Part shown: one piece after another, positions 52,024 to 63,001 of the stretch
Layout of the letters: each line of letters begins with the position of its first letter
Position numbering within the stretch: the first letter of the stretch is position 1
From: Nostoc sp. DedSLP01
GTDB lineage: Bacteria > Cyanobacteriota > Cyanobacteriia > Cyanobacteriales > Nostocaceae
Direction of reading: 5' to 3'
Length of the DNA: 64,000 nucleotides
Assembly (NCBI GenBank): GCA_034530875.2
Contig: JAVRCJ020000001.1
Coordinates: forward strand, 256,001 to 320,000
Notes under the pieces: generated by a model
What the model was told of the DNA's origin: nothing
Database searches by the model: none
Seen by the model: only the letters and a program-made list of their open reading frames with translations
Made by a program: the position numbers and the translations under genes

Positions 52024-52428
52024 ATGGACGCTGCCAAACGCCTTGCTACTCTAAATCGCATCCGCAAACTTAGCCGTTTGATGGATACATCAATACGTAT
52101 ACCTTTGATAGGTTTTCATATTGGAATAGATCCAATTATCGGTTTAGTTCCAGGTGCTGGTGATTTAATCAGTACAGCGTTTTCGGCTTACATCATATTT
52201 TTAGCTACTCGCTTTGGCATCCCACGCCAAGATTTAGCCAAAATGATTTTTAATGTTGGTTTGGAAACAGTCGTGGGTACTGTGCCTTTTGTCGGTGATT
52301 TGTTTGACGCTTTCTACAAGTCTAACATTCGCAATTTAGCAATTTTAGAACAACATTTGACAGTGGTTGAACCAGAACTTAAAGAAGTGTCCGATCGACT
52401 TTACTCTCGTAAGTTCACCGAAGTTTAA
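52024..52428 (+). CDS. DUF4112 family membrane protein
   Basis: LMD..IRIP...IGIDPIIGLVPGAGD; VPFVGDLFD..YKSN.RN. Confidence 0.9.
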   Translation: MDAAKRLATLNRIRKLSRLMDTSIRIPLIGFHIGIDPIIGLVPGAGDLISTAFSAYIIFLATRFGIPRQDLAKMIFNVGLETVVGTVPFVGDLFDAFYKSNIRNLAILEQHLTVVEPELKEVSDRLYSRKFTEV

Positions 52429-52510
52429 GTAAGAAAGTCAGTAAACCAAAAAGTTTTGAAAGTTAACGAAACAATCGGGCTTTAGGCGATGTTTTTCAGC
52501 TTTTCCTGCT

Positions 52511-55500
52511 TCACCAAGGATTGCCAATCATTGTAAATCCAGCCCAATAATAAGGATGCATCAGCGATTCATCAGCTTTACCAACACTTTCAGCAGGCAA
52601 AGGCAAGTTACCAACTGCCCCCAAACCTTGAATTTGACCATCCTTGACGAAAATCTGCCCTTTGGCCATAGCTACTTGAGCTTCTCGCAAAGCTTCTGCT
52701 TTAATTGGTGCTGTTTTTAAATTTTCATAAAATTTTGTCATCAATGCTGCTGTACCAGAATCATTAACCGACCAAAGACTAGCAACGCTAGTTTTCACAC
52801 CTGCCAGCACTGCTAAACCCGCAAATCCAAGTTCTGACTCTTGATCGCCTAAAGCTGTCCTACAAGCACTCAGCACCATCATCTCTACTTGGGGATCGTT
52901 TAACCGCAACTGCCGTAACTGGTTCAAACGTAACTTGTCTTCCCACAGTTGAATATAGGAATTACTCAAGCCGCCAGTGACAAAATCGGCATGGGTTGCC
53001 ATGTGAATAATGCCAAAAGGTTGTTGGCGACGGATACTTTTAAGATTTTCTACAGTGGCTTGCTTGTCCAACAATAATTTACCTTGCCAGAGTCTAGATA
53101 CTAATGTTGATATCTCCACGGGAACTGCTGGTAAAGGATCTTGTCCTTGAGTACTCTGAGAAACCCCCAGTGCTAAAATTTGGGATTTTTTAATGTCTGT
53201 ATATAGGGTGTTGGTCAAGCTGAGACTTGGCATCAAGCCTATACTGTATTTTTCTACTAGAAATTGTTTACCATCGTGAAGTGCTGCCATTGGAGTAGAA
53301 CGCAAACCAATGTCTGGTAAAAAGACTAAATTGTTGATTCCTCTGGCTTGTAAATCTGCCTCCAGTGGCTCAATTATCCAGCGATAAAGTTGTTGAGCCG
53401 AACGCAAATAAGCAGTCCGCCGGCGATTTTGCGGACTAACAATCTGGTCGCGAAATTCTTGAGCTACTTGTAATATTTTCGCTCTTGTGGTTTCTCCAAT
53501 GCGCTTACGAATGGGGTCACCTTTTCCAGTAACTACTACTATTTCCAGCTGGTCGCTATCCTGTTGTGTGAGCGTATTCAACTGTTTAGTTTTCTCCGGT
53601 ATAATCTCCACAGGAACAAAACTGATGTAAATAAATGCAGGTTTTACACCAGTAGCCTCCTCAATTTTGCGAGCAATTTGTTTGGCATCATCTAGTGTTT
53701 TAATTTTGGGAGTTGGTATGCCTAAATGCTCGCCAAAATCCTCTGTGAAGCTATCTTCCGGAGTAGGATCGTTATTAATTATGGAGTAACTAATTTTAGG
53801 AACTTCAGGAGCAGGGTTACTTGGTTGATTTGGAATGCACTGAAATGAGCAGGGGGAAGAATTAAGCTCATCAGGAGTTTTAGGCTTATTAGGAGTGCCA
53901 GGGTCAGTGGGAGTGCCAGGGTCAGTGGGAGTGCCAGGGTCAGTGGGAGTGCCAGGGTCAGTGGGAGTGCCAGGGTCGGTGGGAGTTCCAGGGTCGGTGG
54001 GAGTGCCAGGGTCGGTGGGAGTGCCAGGGTCGGTGGGAGTGCCAGGGTCGGTGGGAGTGCCAGGGTCGGTGGGAGTTCCAGGGTCAGTGGGAGTTCCAGG
54101 GTCAGTGGGAGTGCCAGGGTCAGAGGGAAGATCGGGCACTTTGACGTTGATTGCTACCTGTACGGGTTCTGAAGATGAAACTACATCGCTAGCTTTGACA
54201 GTGAATGCATTTATTAGACCTGTGCCATCGGTGGGCGGTGTATATTCTAGTATTTCACCTACAGTTAATTCGTCTCCGGGAGCTAAAACTGTATCGCCTC
54301 GTTTCAAAGTTCCTGCTTGGACGGCATCAAGAAAAACAGTGGTGTTATCTAAATTGACATCGCTAGAGGTAGCAGTAAATTTGAAGCTGACGGTTTGATT
54401 GACTTCGGCATCGGATGAGAGGAGCGTGTTTGTTGTCAGTGTAGGCGGGGTGTTTACGGATGTAATGGTGATGCCGGCTGGGGTGCCAGGAGCATCGCCA
54501 CCATTGGGTAAAACTGGAAAGTTATTTAAAGGAGCGATCGCAGTTGCCCCTGTAGTAATTGACTCTGCTATACCATTGACACTGGCATCACCGATGATAA
54601 AATCTACATTGTTTGGGCCGCCATCATGTCGAATGCTAATAGTACCCCCTGCTAGAGGTTGAACCACAGGCACTCCATCATTCAGAAAAAATCCACCAGT
54701 TGCAATAGTTTCACCCTCACCGTTTCCTAATCCTTGAATTAGGCCGTTAGTTAAGACTTGCACGTTGCCACCTTGAACGCTGTTACCGTCAAAATCGTCA
54801 ACTACGGCTTGAGTGCTGATGGTGGTAAAACGAATATTGCTGCCAGCAGTATTGGTAGTCTGTAAAGTTACGTTACCAGCTGTAACATTTGCAGTTCCAT
54901 CTACTCCAGTAGCGTTCGCAAAAGTATTAATGGCGTCATTCACGGTAATATCATCTGTGGCAGTTAAGGTGACCGCGCCGGCTTGGCCGATAAAATCGCC
55001 ACCTCCTTCCTTGGTTACATACGAGTTAATTGCGCCTGTGGTGATGCTGCCGCTTGTGGTTGTTGCTACTACATCGCCAGCCGTACCTGAATTACTAGCA
55101 CCTTGTGAAAACGAATCAATTGTACCTGTACTGATGTTGCCTGCCGCACTTAAGCTTACTACTCCCGCTGTATTATTAGTCAGAAACCCTTCAGTATTGC
55201 TAGTATCAAGATTATTTAGACTAATGCTAGCACTGGTACTTTGGACTGTAATATTACCTGCCGAGTAACCAAGACCAGTGGTGATAATATTACCAGCAAT
55301 GATATCGCCAACCGCAGACAAGTTGACATTACCACTATTGCCAGAAGCATCATTAATTGTATTGAGATTCCCCAGCGATAAACTAGCTCCAGAAATGTTT
55401 ATTGCCCCTCCCTTGGTTTCAATTGTGTTGGTAAGGTCAACAAAGTTTACAGAACCGTTTTGCGATGTGAGGGTGAAGCTACCGCCACTACCCAAGTTTA

Positions 55501-58024
55501 ATGTAGCAACACCATCGGTTGTTACTAGGGGTGTGGCTCCGATGATGTCATTGATGGTAATATCGCCTGTGGCTTGTAAATTGATATTTGCACCGGAGAG
55601 TGCGATCGCACCCCATGAAACTGTATTCGCCCCAATATCTGCATCGCCAAAAGCAATATTGCCAGCTGTGCCATCAAAAGTCCCTACTCCGCCATCGATA
55701 ATAGTCAAGGTGCTGGGGTCTAGCAATAAAGTCCCGAAGCTACCATTGGCGGCTGAAGTGTCTACCACACCGTTGAAGGTGAAGGCATTTTTGCCGGAGA
55801 CTTCTACAAAACCACCATTGCCAGCATTTGCTCCTCCACGAGCCGAAATGTTACCAAAAAATTGGGTTGTGTTGTCACCCCAAACTATTACCCGTCCGCC
55901 ATTTCCATTTAATTTACTATCGGCATTAATTACGGAGTTGGAGTTAACATAAGTCTGCTGTGCATTGGGCAAAGTCCCCTTACCCTGGTAATCGCCTCCA
56001 ATTAACACGGTACCAGCGTTATTGGTTCCAGAGGCGTTAATATTGACATCGATCGCCCCTACTTTTGTACCTAAAGCAGCTACCGTCCCGCCTGTTTGAC
56101 TTGATAAATTTACTGTCCCAGAAACAATAGTTGTACCTGGAGTTGCCGGGATTTTGACGTTAGAGCCTGTTAGTTGTACCGTTCCATCGGCATTAGCTGT
56201 TAATCCAGTGTTAGTGTTACCAACTGTAAGCAATTCTGGTAAAGATGCAATGGGAATTGTCCAGCTATTGGGTTGGTTGCTACTAGAGGCGAGGGGCTGA
56301 ATTTCCAGACTCAGCAAATTTCCTGGCTGACTCAGGCGCACCCAATTTTGACCCGGTACGGATGTGACGGTAATCTGTCCTCCTGGTGCGGAAATTTGGC
56401 CAGTGTTTACCACCGTACCGCCCAATAAATTCAAATTTTGCCCAGTACCGACTGCCAAATTTCCCGCATTGACAATTGCTCCTGGTTGGCTGGTACTAAA
56501 GGCAAAACCATTGGGGTTTCCCACTAAATTAATGTAGTCATTAACACCTATTGCATTAAACCAACTGCTACCAAAGCCGATTCCTTCCGCTGTTGTCGCC
56601 GTAAAAGCACCGGGTACATTTAAGCTGGCGTTTGCTCCAAAAATAAACCCGGCTGGATTCATCAAGAACAGATTCGGGCTACCACCAGTTACTTGAATTA
56701 AGCCGTTGATGATTGAAGGATCGCCGCCTGTTATTCGACCCAGGATATTTTGTAGCGTGGGATTGGCTTGAAAGTTGGCGATTTGTTCTGGTGAAAGTCC
56801 AAATTGTTGAAAGCTGTGGAAGAGGTTAGCACCATTACCAGAAGTTGTACCGCCGGTGATATCAATTTGGTTGCCGTTGGGAGTTACGATTGTGTTTGTA
56901 CCATCAGCAGCAGGAATAATTTGCTGTGCTTGGGCTAATCTGGGACTGATGGCACTCAATAGTGGCGCAATAATTAGTGCTGAAGCGGCAATACTAGACA
57001 GTAAATATTTTTTCCAAGAAAGCAGAGATTCTGTCAAGAGGTTTGGAGAACAAAGATTTTCGGCGTTGCTGATTGGTGGGATAGTTTTTATCTCACGCAG
57101 AGGCGCAGAGGAGGACACTTCTGTGGGCGGGTTCCCCGACTTGAGGAAAGTGTCCGTCGCGCAGAGAGTAAGAGTTTGAGAAATCAGATTTTTAATTTTC
57201 ATCCCTTTATTCAGCAACGCCAGATTTTCTTTACTAACCTTGCATTGCAGTTTCTCTACCTCTGTTTTGCGCCGCAGGATAAAGCGACCTGTGGGAAATT
57301 CTACATCGATTTGTAATTTATTCGCTAATCCGCGTCGCCAAAGTGCTTGGGCGATCGCCTTTTTTGACCAGAGAATTTGTTCTGTTTTCCTAGCAACAGA
57401 GGTGTTTTGCGAATGATTTCGGTAGAAGTAGAGGGGCTTTTTAACTCGCCGCACTTGGGTAACTTCGGAAAGTCTCAAACACAAATCGTAATCATAAGCA
57501 GTGATATTAAAAGACTCGTTGACTCCTCCCACTCGGTCGTAAACGCAACGGCGCATGAGGCGGAAGTGAAAAGTCATGAAGTTGACTAAAAGACTTTCTC
57601 TTGAGTAGGGAATCTCACAGCGATGACCGTAACCGAGAACTTTGCCATCTGCATCGATGTTTAGGTAGTCAGTGTAAACGAGTCCCGTTTCTGGATAGCG
57701 ATTAAGGACTGCGGCGGTTTCGGCCAGGGCGGTAGGTGCGAGGAGATCGTCGTTGTCAAGTATACCGATGTAACTACCACTAGTTTGGTTAATCGCTGCC
57801 TTACAAGCCGCAGCAGTTCCTTGATGCCGTGCTTGGATTACCCGCACTCGTGCATCTTTTTGAGCATATTGTTTTGCTATGGTGGCTGAACCATCTGTAG
57901 ATCCATCGTCCCAAATTAGTAGCTCCAAATCTTGCCATGTCTGCGCTAAGACACTGGCGATCGCTTGTTCAAGGTAAGCTTCCCGATTGTAATTGACGAT
58001 GACAATGGAAATCAGTGGTGGCAT
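52511..58024 (-). CDS. fusion protein: GT2 glycosyltransferase - internal signal-like helix - TPS/filamentous haemagglutinin passenger - PTDPGT repeats - CHAT peptidase
   Basis: GT2 (YNRE.YL, DDGSTD, LDNDD); haemagglutination-activity domain ([14 protein letters not shown]); [12 protein letters not shown] dyad (HMATHA, LSACRT) and HPYYWAGF. Confidence 0.9.
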   Translation of the reverse strand: MPPLISIVIVNYNREAYLEQAIASVLAQTWQDLELLIWDDGSTDGSATIAKQYAQKDARVRVIQARHQGTAAACKAAINQTSGSYIGILDNDDLLAPTALAETAAVLNRYPETGLVYTDYLNIDADGKVLGYGHRCEIPYSRESLLVNFMTFHFRLMRRCVYDRVGGVNESFNITAYDYDLCLRLSEVTQVRRVKKPLYFYRNHSQNTSVARKTEQILWSKKAIAQALWRRGLANKLQIDVEFPTGRFILRRKTEVEKLQCKVSKENLALLNKGMKIKNLISQTLTLCATDTFLKSGNPPTEVSSSAPLREIKTIPPISNAENLCSPNLLTESLLSWKKYLLSSIAASALIIAPLLSAISPRLAQAQQIIPAADGTNTIVTPNGNQIDITGGTTSGNGANLFHSFQQFGLSPEQIANFQANPTLQNILGRITGGDPSIINGLIQVTGGSPNLFLMNPAGFIFGANASLNVPGAFTATTAEGIGFGSSWFNAIGVNDYINLVGNPNGFAFSTSQPGAIVNAGNLAVGTGQNLNLLGGTVVNTGQISAPGGQITVTSVPGQNWVRLSQPGNLLSLEIQPLASSSNQPNSWTIPIASLPELLTVGNTNTGLTANADGTVQLTGSNVKIPATPGTTIVSGTVNLSSQTGGTVAALGTKVGAIDVNINASGTNNAGTVLIGGDYQGKGTLPNAQQTYVNSNSVINADSKLNGNGGRVIVWGDNTTQFFGNISARGGANAGNGGFVEVSGKNAFTFNGVVDTSAANGSFGTLLLDPSTLTIIDGGVGTFDGTAGNIAFGDADIGANTVSWGAIALSGANINLQATGDITINDIIGATPLVTTDGVATLNLGSGGSFTLTSQNGSVNFVDLTNTIETKGGAINISGASLSLGNLNTINDASGNSGNVNLSAVGDIIAGNIITTGLGYSAGNITVQSTSASISLNNLDTSNTEGFLTNNTAGVVSLSAAGNISTGTIDSFSQGASNSGTAGDVVATTTSGSITTGAINSYVTKEGGGDFIGQAGAVTLTATDDITVNDAINTFANATGVDGTANVTAGNVTLQTTNTAGSNIRFTTISTQAVVDDFDGNSVQGGNVQVLTNGLIQGLGNGEGETIATGGFFLNDGVPVVQPLAGGTISIRHDGGPNNVDFIIGDASVNGIAESITTGATAIAPLNNFPVLPNGGDAPGTPAGITITSVNTPPTLTTNTLLSSDAEVNQTVSFKFTATSSDVNLDNTTVFLDAVQAGTLKRGDTVLAPGDELTVGEILEYTPPTDGTGLINAFTVKASDVVSSSEPVQVAINVKVPDLPSDPGTPTDPGTPTDPGTPTDPGTPTDPGTPTDPGTPTDPGTPTDPGTPTDPGTPTDPGTPTDPGTPTDPGTPTDPGTPNKPKTPDELNSSPCSFQCIPNQPSNPAPEVPKISYSIINNDPTPEDSFTEDFGEHLGIPTPKIKTLDDAKQIARKIEEATGVKPAFIYISFVPVEIIPEKTKQLNTLTQQDSDQLEIVVVTGKGDPIRKRIGETTRAKILQVAQEFRDQIVSPQNRRRTAYLRSAQQLYRWIIEPLEADLQARGINNLVFLPDIGLRSTPMAALHDGKQFLVEKYSIGLMPSLSLTNTLYTDIKKSQILALGVSQSTQGQDPLPAVPVEISTLVSRLWQGKLLLDKQATVENLKSIRRQQPFGIIHMATHADFVTGGLSNSYIQLWEDKLRLNQLRQLRLNDPQVEMMVLSACRTALGDQESELGFAGLAVLAGVKTSVASLWSVNDSGTAALMTKFYENLKTAPIKAEALREAQVAMAKGQIFVKDGQIQGLGAVGNLPLPAESVGKADESLMHPYYWAGFTMIGNPW
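53895..54121 (-). repeat. 13 x 18-bp tandem repeat encoding (PT)DPGT
   Basis: GT(G/T)CCAGGGTC(A/G)GTGGGA units at 18-bp spacing. Confidence 0.95.
57062..57221. mobile_element. 160-bp MITE inserted in frame in the fusion gene
   Basis: Terminal inverted repeats GGCGTTGCTGA / TCAGCAACGCC; perfect 8-bp target-site duplication AGATTTTC (57054-57061, 57222-57229). Confidence 0.9.
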
Positions 58025-58357
58025 CGAAGTAATCCAAGTTTTCTACCTGTTACCAGGATATAATGCTAAGGGCTTTCACTTAGGTAATCATTGCTGTTTA
58101 TTATTTTTTAGTTACAAATTTTCTTAAATTGAAAGAGCAAAAATATGATATTCAAATACCTATAGTATGAGAGTGACTGGGGACTGGGGATTGGGGACTG
58201 GGGTATGGGGTACTGTTAGAAACCCGACGTATAAATGCAAGAACCGTATAAATTGCCCTAATAATCTGGCCGGCTAAGTACCTTGAGTATTAAGCGAATC
58301 TTTCCTAATTCTCAGTCCCCAATCACCAGCCCCGAGAACCCTAAAAAGCACAAAGCA

Positions 58358-60202
58358 ATGATCGAAGGAACAGAAACTCGTGTCACGAAAGCAAGGACTC
58401 AGCCAAGAAGTGTCTATCTATCTCATCAGTTAGACGCTTGGCAAAGTCTGGCAAATAGGAAATGGAATCAGCACAGTTTCAGTTTCAAGTGTGGCTTGTT
58501 AATTCTGCCTGCACTCTGGATTGTAACTGCCGATGCACTGAAAGCTACAGCTAATAACTTTATACCAAACTCAAATCGAGATAGCAGTTACCCAGAGTTA
58601 CAAATCGTACAGGAAACACCTTCAGCTGCTAGCGAACCGAATCAACCACAACCAAACCCCGAATCATCCCCACCGCAACCAGAAACACCACAACGCATTC
58701 GAGTCCGCAAAATCCAAGTTATAGATAGCACGGTTTTTAGTGAAAATGACTTGAATGCAGTTGTCAAGCCGTTTGAAGAACGAGACTTGACTTTAGAAGA
58801 AATCAGACAAGCCGCAGATGCAGTTACCCAGCTTTATTTAAATAAAGGCTACCTCAATTCCAGAGCCGTTCCAGACACTCAACAACTTAGCACCGCTGAT
58901 GGAATTGTCGTCATTCGTGTAATTGAAGGCAGTTTAGCAGACATAGAGATTGAAGGAACGCGGCGATTAAACCAATCTTATATTCGCAGTCGCATCGAAT
59001 TAGGTGCTGGTACTCCTCTGAATATTGGTAAGTTGGAAGACCAACTAAGGCTATTGCGACTCGATCCCCTGTTGGCAAATGTCGAAGCACGTCTGCGTCC
59101 TACAGGTAAAGTTGGGCAAAGTGTTTTAGTTGTGAGAGTTGAAGAGGCAAATCCTTTAACTGGTAGCTTGGGTGTGGATAATTATTCGCCTCCCGCTATT
59201 GGTGCAGAAAGATTGGGTGTTGAATTGGGCTATCGCAACTTAACTGGAATGGGAGATGAGTTAGCAGGATCTTATTTTCACACCTTGAATGGTGGTTCCG
59301 ATTTTTTTAATTTTAGGTATCAGATTCCAGTTAATGCTATGGATGGCAGGGTGCAGATTAGAGCTGCATTTAGTCGTAACGAAATCACTCAAAAACCCTT
59401 CGATGCGTTCGACATTCAAGCAAATCAGGATCTTTATGAAATCAATTATCGCCAACCATTGATCCGATCGCCGAGAGAAGAATTTGCCTTATCTTTAGGA
59501 TTTACCTATCAAAACGGTCAAACTTTTATCTTCAATAACATTGCCCAGCCTTTTGGTATCGGGCCAGATGCTAATGGAGTCAGCCGTACCAGCGTCATTA
59601 AGTTTGCTCAAGATTATGTTAAGCGCGAACCCCAAGGTGCTTGGTTTTTGCGATCGCAATTTAATTTTGGCATTGATGTCTTTGATGCCACAATCAACAA
59701 TGACCCCATACCGGATGGTCGCTTTTTCAGTTGGCTAGGTCAAATACAACGCGCACAGCGACTCAGCAACGACCAATTATTAATTATCCAAGCAGAGTTA
59801 CAGCTAACACCAGATAGCCTTTTACCTTCCCAGCAATTCGTGATTGGTGGCGGACAATCTGTGAGAGGATATCGCCAGAATGCCCGTTCGGGAGATAATG
59901 GATTTCGGTTCGGGATTGAAGATAGAATCACAATGCAGCGCAATGAATCTGGTTTATCCACCGTTCAACTAGCACCATTTGTTGATATGGGAGCTGTCTG
60001 GAATAAGTCAAATAATCCCAATCAGCTACCAAACCAAACTTTTCTGATTGGCGCAGGCTTAGGATTATTGTGGAATGAAGCCTTTGGCATTGATAATTTA
60101 AATTTACGACTCGATTATGGTTTTCCATTTATCGATCTGAGCGATCGCGGTAATAACGCTCAAGATGATGGCTTTTATTTTAGCGTCCGGTATCAGCCGT
60201 AA
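58358..60202 (+). CDS. ShlB/FhaC/HecB family two-partner secretion transporter (TpsB); ORF open from 58283
   Basis: POTRA motif TQLYLNKGYLNSRA; barrel motif GG.SVRGY; C-terminal FYFSVRY. Confidence 0.93.
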   Translation: MIEGTETRVTKARTQPRSVYLSHQLDAWQSLANRKWNQHSFSFKCGLLILPALWIVTADALKATANNFIPNSNRDSSYPELQIVQETPSAASEPNQPQPNPESSPPQPETPQRIRVRKIQVIDSTVFSENDLNAVVKPFEERDLTLEEIRQAADAVTQLYLNKGYLNSRAVPDTQQLSTADGIVVIRVIEGSLADIEIEGTRRLNQSYIRSRIELGAGTPLNIGKLEDQLRLLRLDPLLANVEARLRPTGKVGQSVLVVRVEEANPLTGSLGVDNYSPPAIGAERLGVELGYRNLTGMGDELAGSYFHTLNGGSDFFNFRYQIPVNAMDGRVQIRAAFSRNEITQKPFDAFDIQANQDLYEINYRQPLIRSPREEFALSLGFTYQNGQTFIFNNIAQPFGIGPDANGVSRTSVIKFAQDYVKREPQGAWFLRSQFNFGIDVFDATINNDPIPDGRFFSWLGQIQRAQRLSNDQLLIIQAELQLTPDSLLPSQQFVIGGGQSVRGYRQNARSGDNGFRFGIEDRITMQRNESGLSTVQLAPFVDMGAVWNKSNNPNQLPNQTFLIGAGLGLLWNEAFGIDNLNLRLDYGFPFIDLSDRGNNAQDDGFYFSVRYQP

Positions 60203-60238
60203 TGCAGTTGTGGAAGGTATAGTAGCATCCTCTATTTC

Positions 60239-60349
60239 GGCGTTGGTGATTGAAAATATGAATTGAATTCACGCAGAGGCGCAGAGTCGCAGAGAGTAAG
60301 AGTTGAGAAGAGTTGATTTTTGAATTTCGTATTCAAATTCAGCAACGCC
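60239..60349. mobile_element. 111-bp MITE, same family as 57062-57221
   Basis: GGCGTTGGTGA / TCAGCAACGCC ends; shared CACGCAGAGGCGCAGAG...GCAGAGAGTAAGAGTT core. Confidence 0.8.
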
Positions 60350-60353
60350 CTAT

Positions 60354-61931
60354 TTTCTAATCTTTAATAGGGATTTTGGTGAATTGCAATATTGTGGCAA
60401 TAATTGGGAATCTGCCTGTAGGAAATTTTCAATAAACTTATTACAAAAATCGTTCTTTGCGTTCTCTTCTCTGCGCCTCTGCGCCTCTGCGTGAGATAAA
60501 AAAATATTTATGCAAGAGGTCTAATTCCTAATAGGAATTTTGGAGAATTGCAATAGGAGATCTCTCTCTCTACAGTCTCCCCACTGGGCTGTTTCAATCC
60601 CTAATAGGGATTTTGGAGAATTGCAATGTGAAGTGGTTTTGATTTGTAAAAACGACCAACTTATGTTTCAATCCCTAATAGGGATTTTGGAGAATTGCAA
60701 TATTAGTCGGTTGGAGAGGCTAACGCCTCAGTGGTATGTTTCAATCCCTAATAGGGATTTTGGAGAATTGCAATATAAAATCAGAAAGTACTTCTAATTT
60801 CAAGCTTCAGTTTCAATCCCTAATAGGGATTTTGGAGAATTGCAATTCTATTGCCGCAGGCATGGGAATGCACCTACACGGGCTAAGTTTCAATCCCTAA
60901 TAGGGATTTTGGAGAATTGCAATGCTGATTTGCCCAAGAGAGCGCCGTTGAATCACAAGTTTCAATCCCTAATAGGGATTTTGGAGAATTGCAATCCTTA
61001 TTACGTTATCTGAGTATTTAGTAAAAGAGGTTTCAATCCCTAATAGGGATTTTGGAGAATTGCAATTAAGCATTGCCAATGGCGTTTGCGGGCATTTGGT
61101 GCGTTTCAATCCCTAATAGGGATTTTGGAGAATTGCAATGCTAGGAAAGAATTGGAATATTGCCTGCAATATTGGTTTCAATCCCTAATAGGGATTTTGG
61201 AGAATTGCAATAAATGTGCTTTTGCCTGTAGTAAAGATGAGACTAGTTTCAATCCCTAATAGGGATTTTGGAGAATTGCAATCTTTTCTAGCTCAAAGGC
61301 AAGAAGTAAGGCGAGAGTTTCAATCCCTAATAGGGATTTTGGAGAATTGCAATGTGCTGTAGCGCAAGATTGTAGCTCGTGTTTCGGTTTCAATCCCTAA
61401 TAGGGATTTTGGAGAATTGCAATTTGATTTGCATCTTCACAGTACTGGGAATAAACCAGCTTTTGTTTCAATCCCTAATAGGGATTTTGGAGAATTGCAA
61501 TCAAGGTAGATAATGGTGTACTGAGCGATTATATGTTTCAATCCCTAATAGGGATTTTGGAGAATTGCAATGTAGCTATTAGCTATTAACTGGTAGCTGT
61601 TAAGCGGTTTCAATCCCTAATAGGGATTTTGGAGAATTGCAATATGTAGACTTATTAATCTCAGGTTCACCTTGCCAAGTTTCAATCCCTAATAGGGATT
61701 TTGGAGAATTGCAATGCTTTTTTATCTGCGGGGATGATTTCGTCCCCCCTGTTTCAATCCCTAATAGGGATTTTGGAGAATTGCAATGCCAATGATGTAG
61801 GCAATCCAATACCCGTCAATGGGTTTCAATCCCTAATAGGGATTTTGGAGAATTGCAATGAAAGAATTAGAATTGATGATGCGTTTCAATTTTTGTTTCA
61901 ATCCCTAATAGGGATTTTGGAGAATTGCAAT
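60354..61931 (-). CRISPR. CRISPR array, type I-D-like repeat; 19 intact repeats (60591-61931) + 2 degenerate, 20 spacers
   Basis: 37-bp repeat GTTTCAATCCCTAATAGGGATTTTGGAGAATTGCAAT. On the minus strand it ends ATTGAAAC; degenerate copies on the left imply the leader is on the right. Confidence 0.98.
60433..60523. mobile_element. MITE-like insertion splitting a CRISPR repeat
   Basis: TTTTCAAT | insert ending TGCAAGAGGTCTA | ATTCCTAATAGGAATTTTGGAGAATTGCAAT; internal CTCTGCGC repeats. Confidence 0.7.
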
Positions 61932-62160
61932 GGCTTGCGGCTGGAAGCTTTGCCTTATTTGGTTTTCGAGGTTCGGTTGCGCGGATGGGCAAATCATAAC
62001 ACAACGGTTTGTAATTTGGCTAGATATAAATCGCTGAAAGGCAGTCTCCATAAGGTGCGCGGATGGTTCACAAGTGGGAGTATTCTCAAACGCTTACATA
62101 TAGGGCGATACAGCCATTTTTGTACTTACCCTCTCACCAACACCTACCCATCCGCGCTTC
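61932..62160 (-). promoter_or_regulatory. CRISPR leader
   Basis: Adjacent to the last intact repeat; GCGCGGATGG at 61979 and 62057, inverted at 62148-62157. Confidence 0.75.
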
Positions 62161-62377
62161 TAGTCACAGTATTCACATTAATGCTTGCAGCTAGATTGTT
62201 TCCATCACCGTTAGGGAAAATTGTAGGTTATTCAAAGTTTCCGCTATGCGATCGCATTGCCGATGCTGTTGTCTGTTGGGTAAAATGTCGTTAAATAAGT
62301 AGATGACGACATCTCCTTGAAACAATCTCACAGTCAAGATTATAAGTCAAGACCATTTGATGTTTTCGGTCTACTGA

Positions 62378-62944
62378 TTATTTTTTATATAAAGCGCGAT
62401 ATTCCCAAGGATTGACAAATTTAGTATCCCTCCAAACCCCAAGCTTTTGTTCTTTGGCTTGTGCTTCGGCTTGTTGAACTAAGTCTTTACTAGGACATTT
62501 ATTTAAATAGGGACGATATACTTTTGCTAAACCTTCTTGCAATAATACCTGTTGTATAAAAGTACCATTTTTTAAACGAACTTCTGCAACTTTACGCCCA
62601 TAACGATCGCTATCAGTAATATTCAAAGTCACGCGATCGCCTCCTTGCTGTACGAGTTGTTCTACGCGTTCTTGAGCTTTGACACCCCAACTAAATTGAT
62701 TGCGATCGCTACTACTTTTACTCTGCTTTTCTTTATTAGTATGAGCTATTTCTGGCGCATCTACACAAGCAAACCGCACGGTAACATTTTTACCATTAGT
62801 ATCTTTTACTACTAAAGTATCGCCATCACTGACTCGTTCAACCACATCTCCAGAGTTACCAATAAAGCGATCGCAACCCATCAAACCCAAAATTATGATA
62901 GTTGCACAAAGCGAAAATCCTAGTAGTTTAATTAATTTTTCCAT
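62378..62944 (-). CDS. thermonuclease (SNase-like) lipoprotein
   Basis: LMGC lipobox, DGDT, VRFACVDAPE, DRYGR, A...KLGVW, PWEYR. Confidence 0.93.
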   Translation of the reverse strand: MEKLIKLLGFSLCATIIILGLMGCDRFIGNSGDVVERVSDGDTLVVKDTNGKNVTVRFACVDAPEIAHTNKEKQSKSSSDRNQFSWGVKAQERVEQLVQQGGDRVTLNITDSDRYGRKVAEVRLKNGTFIQQVLLQEGLAKVYRPYLNKCPSKDLVQQAEAQAKEQKLGVWRDTKFVNPWEYRALYKK

Positions 62945-63001
62945 TCAAATTTACCAAATTACCTTTGATGCATAATATGGCGAAATTAAACAATATTTTT
63001 G

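Noticed and set aside
53895..55952. Long plus-strand ORFs opposite the TpsA gene; similar antisense ORFs in xfp, the RTX gene, Hsp70 and the kinases
   Set aside because: Antisense shadows of well-supported genes.
57062..57221. Idea that the MITE created the GT2-TpsA fusion
   Set aside because: Insert plus target duplication is 168 bp, a multiple of three, so the pre-insertion allele was already in frame.
61883..61890. GTTTCAAT inside the leader-proximal spacer as a partial repeat duplication
   Set aside because: Only 8 bp in AT-rich sequence and the spacer length is normal; likely chance.
60540..62294. ORFs 60540-60797, 61600-61809 and 61701-62294
   Set aside because: Translations of CRISPR repeats, spacers and leader.
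62378..62944. Thermonuclease as a CRISPR-associated effector
   Set aside because: It has a lipoprotein signal, so it is extracytoplasmic; adjacency alone is not evidence.
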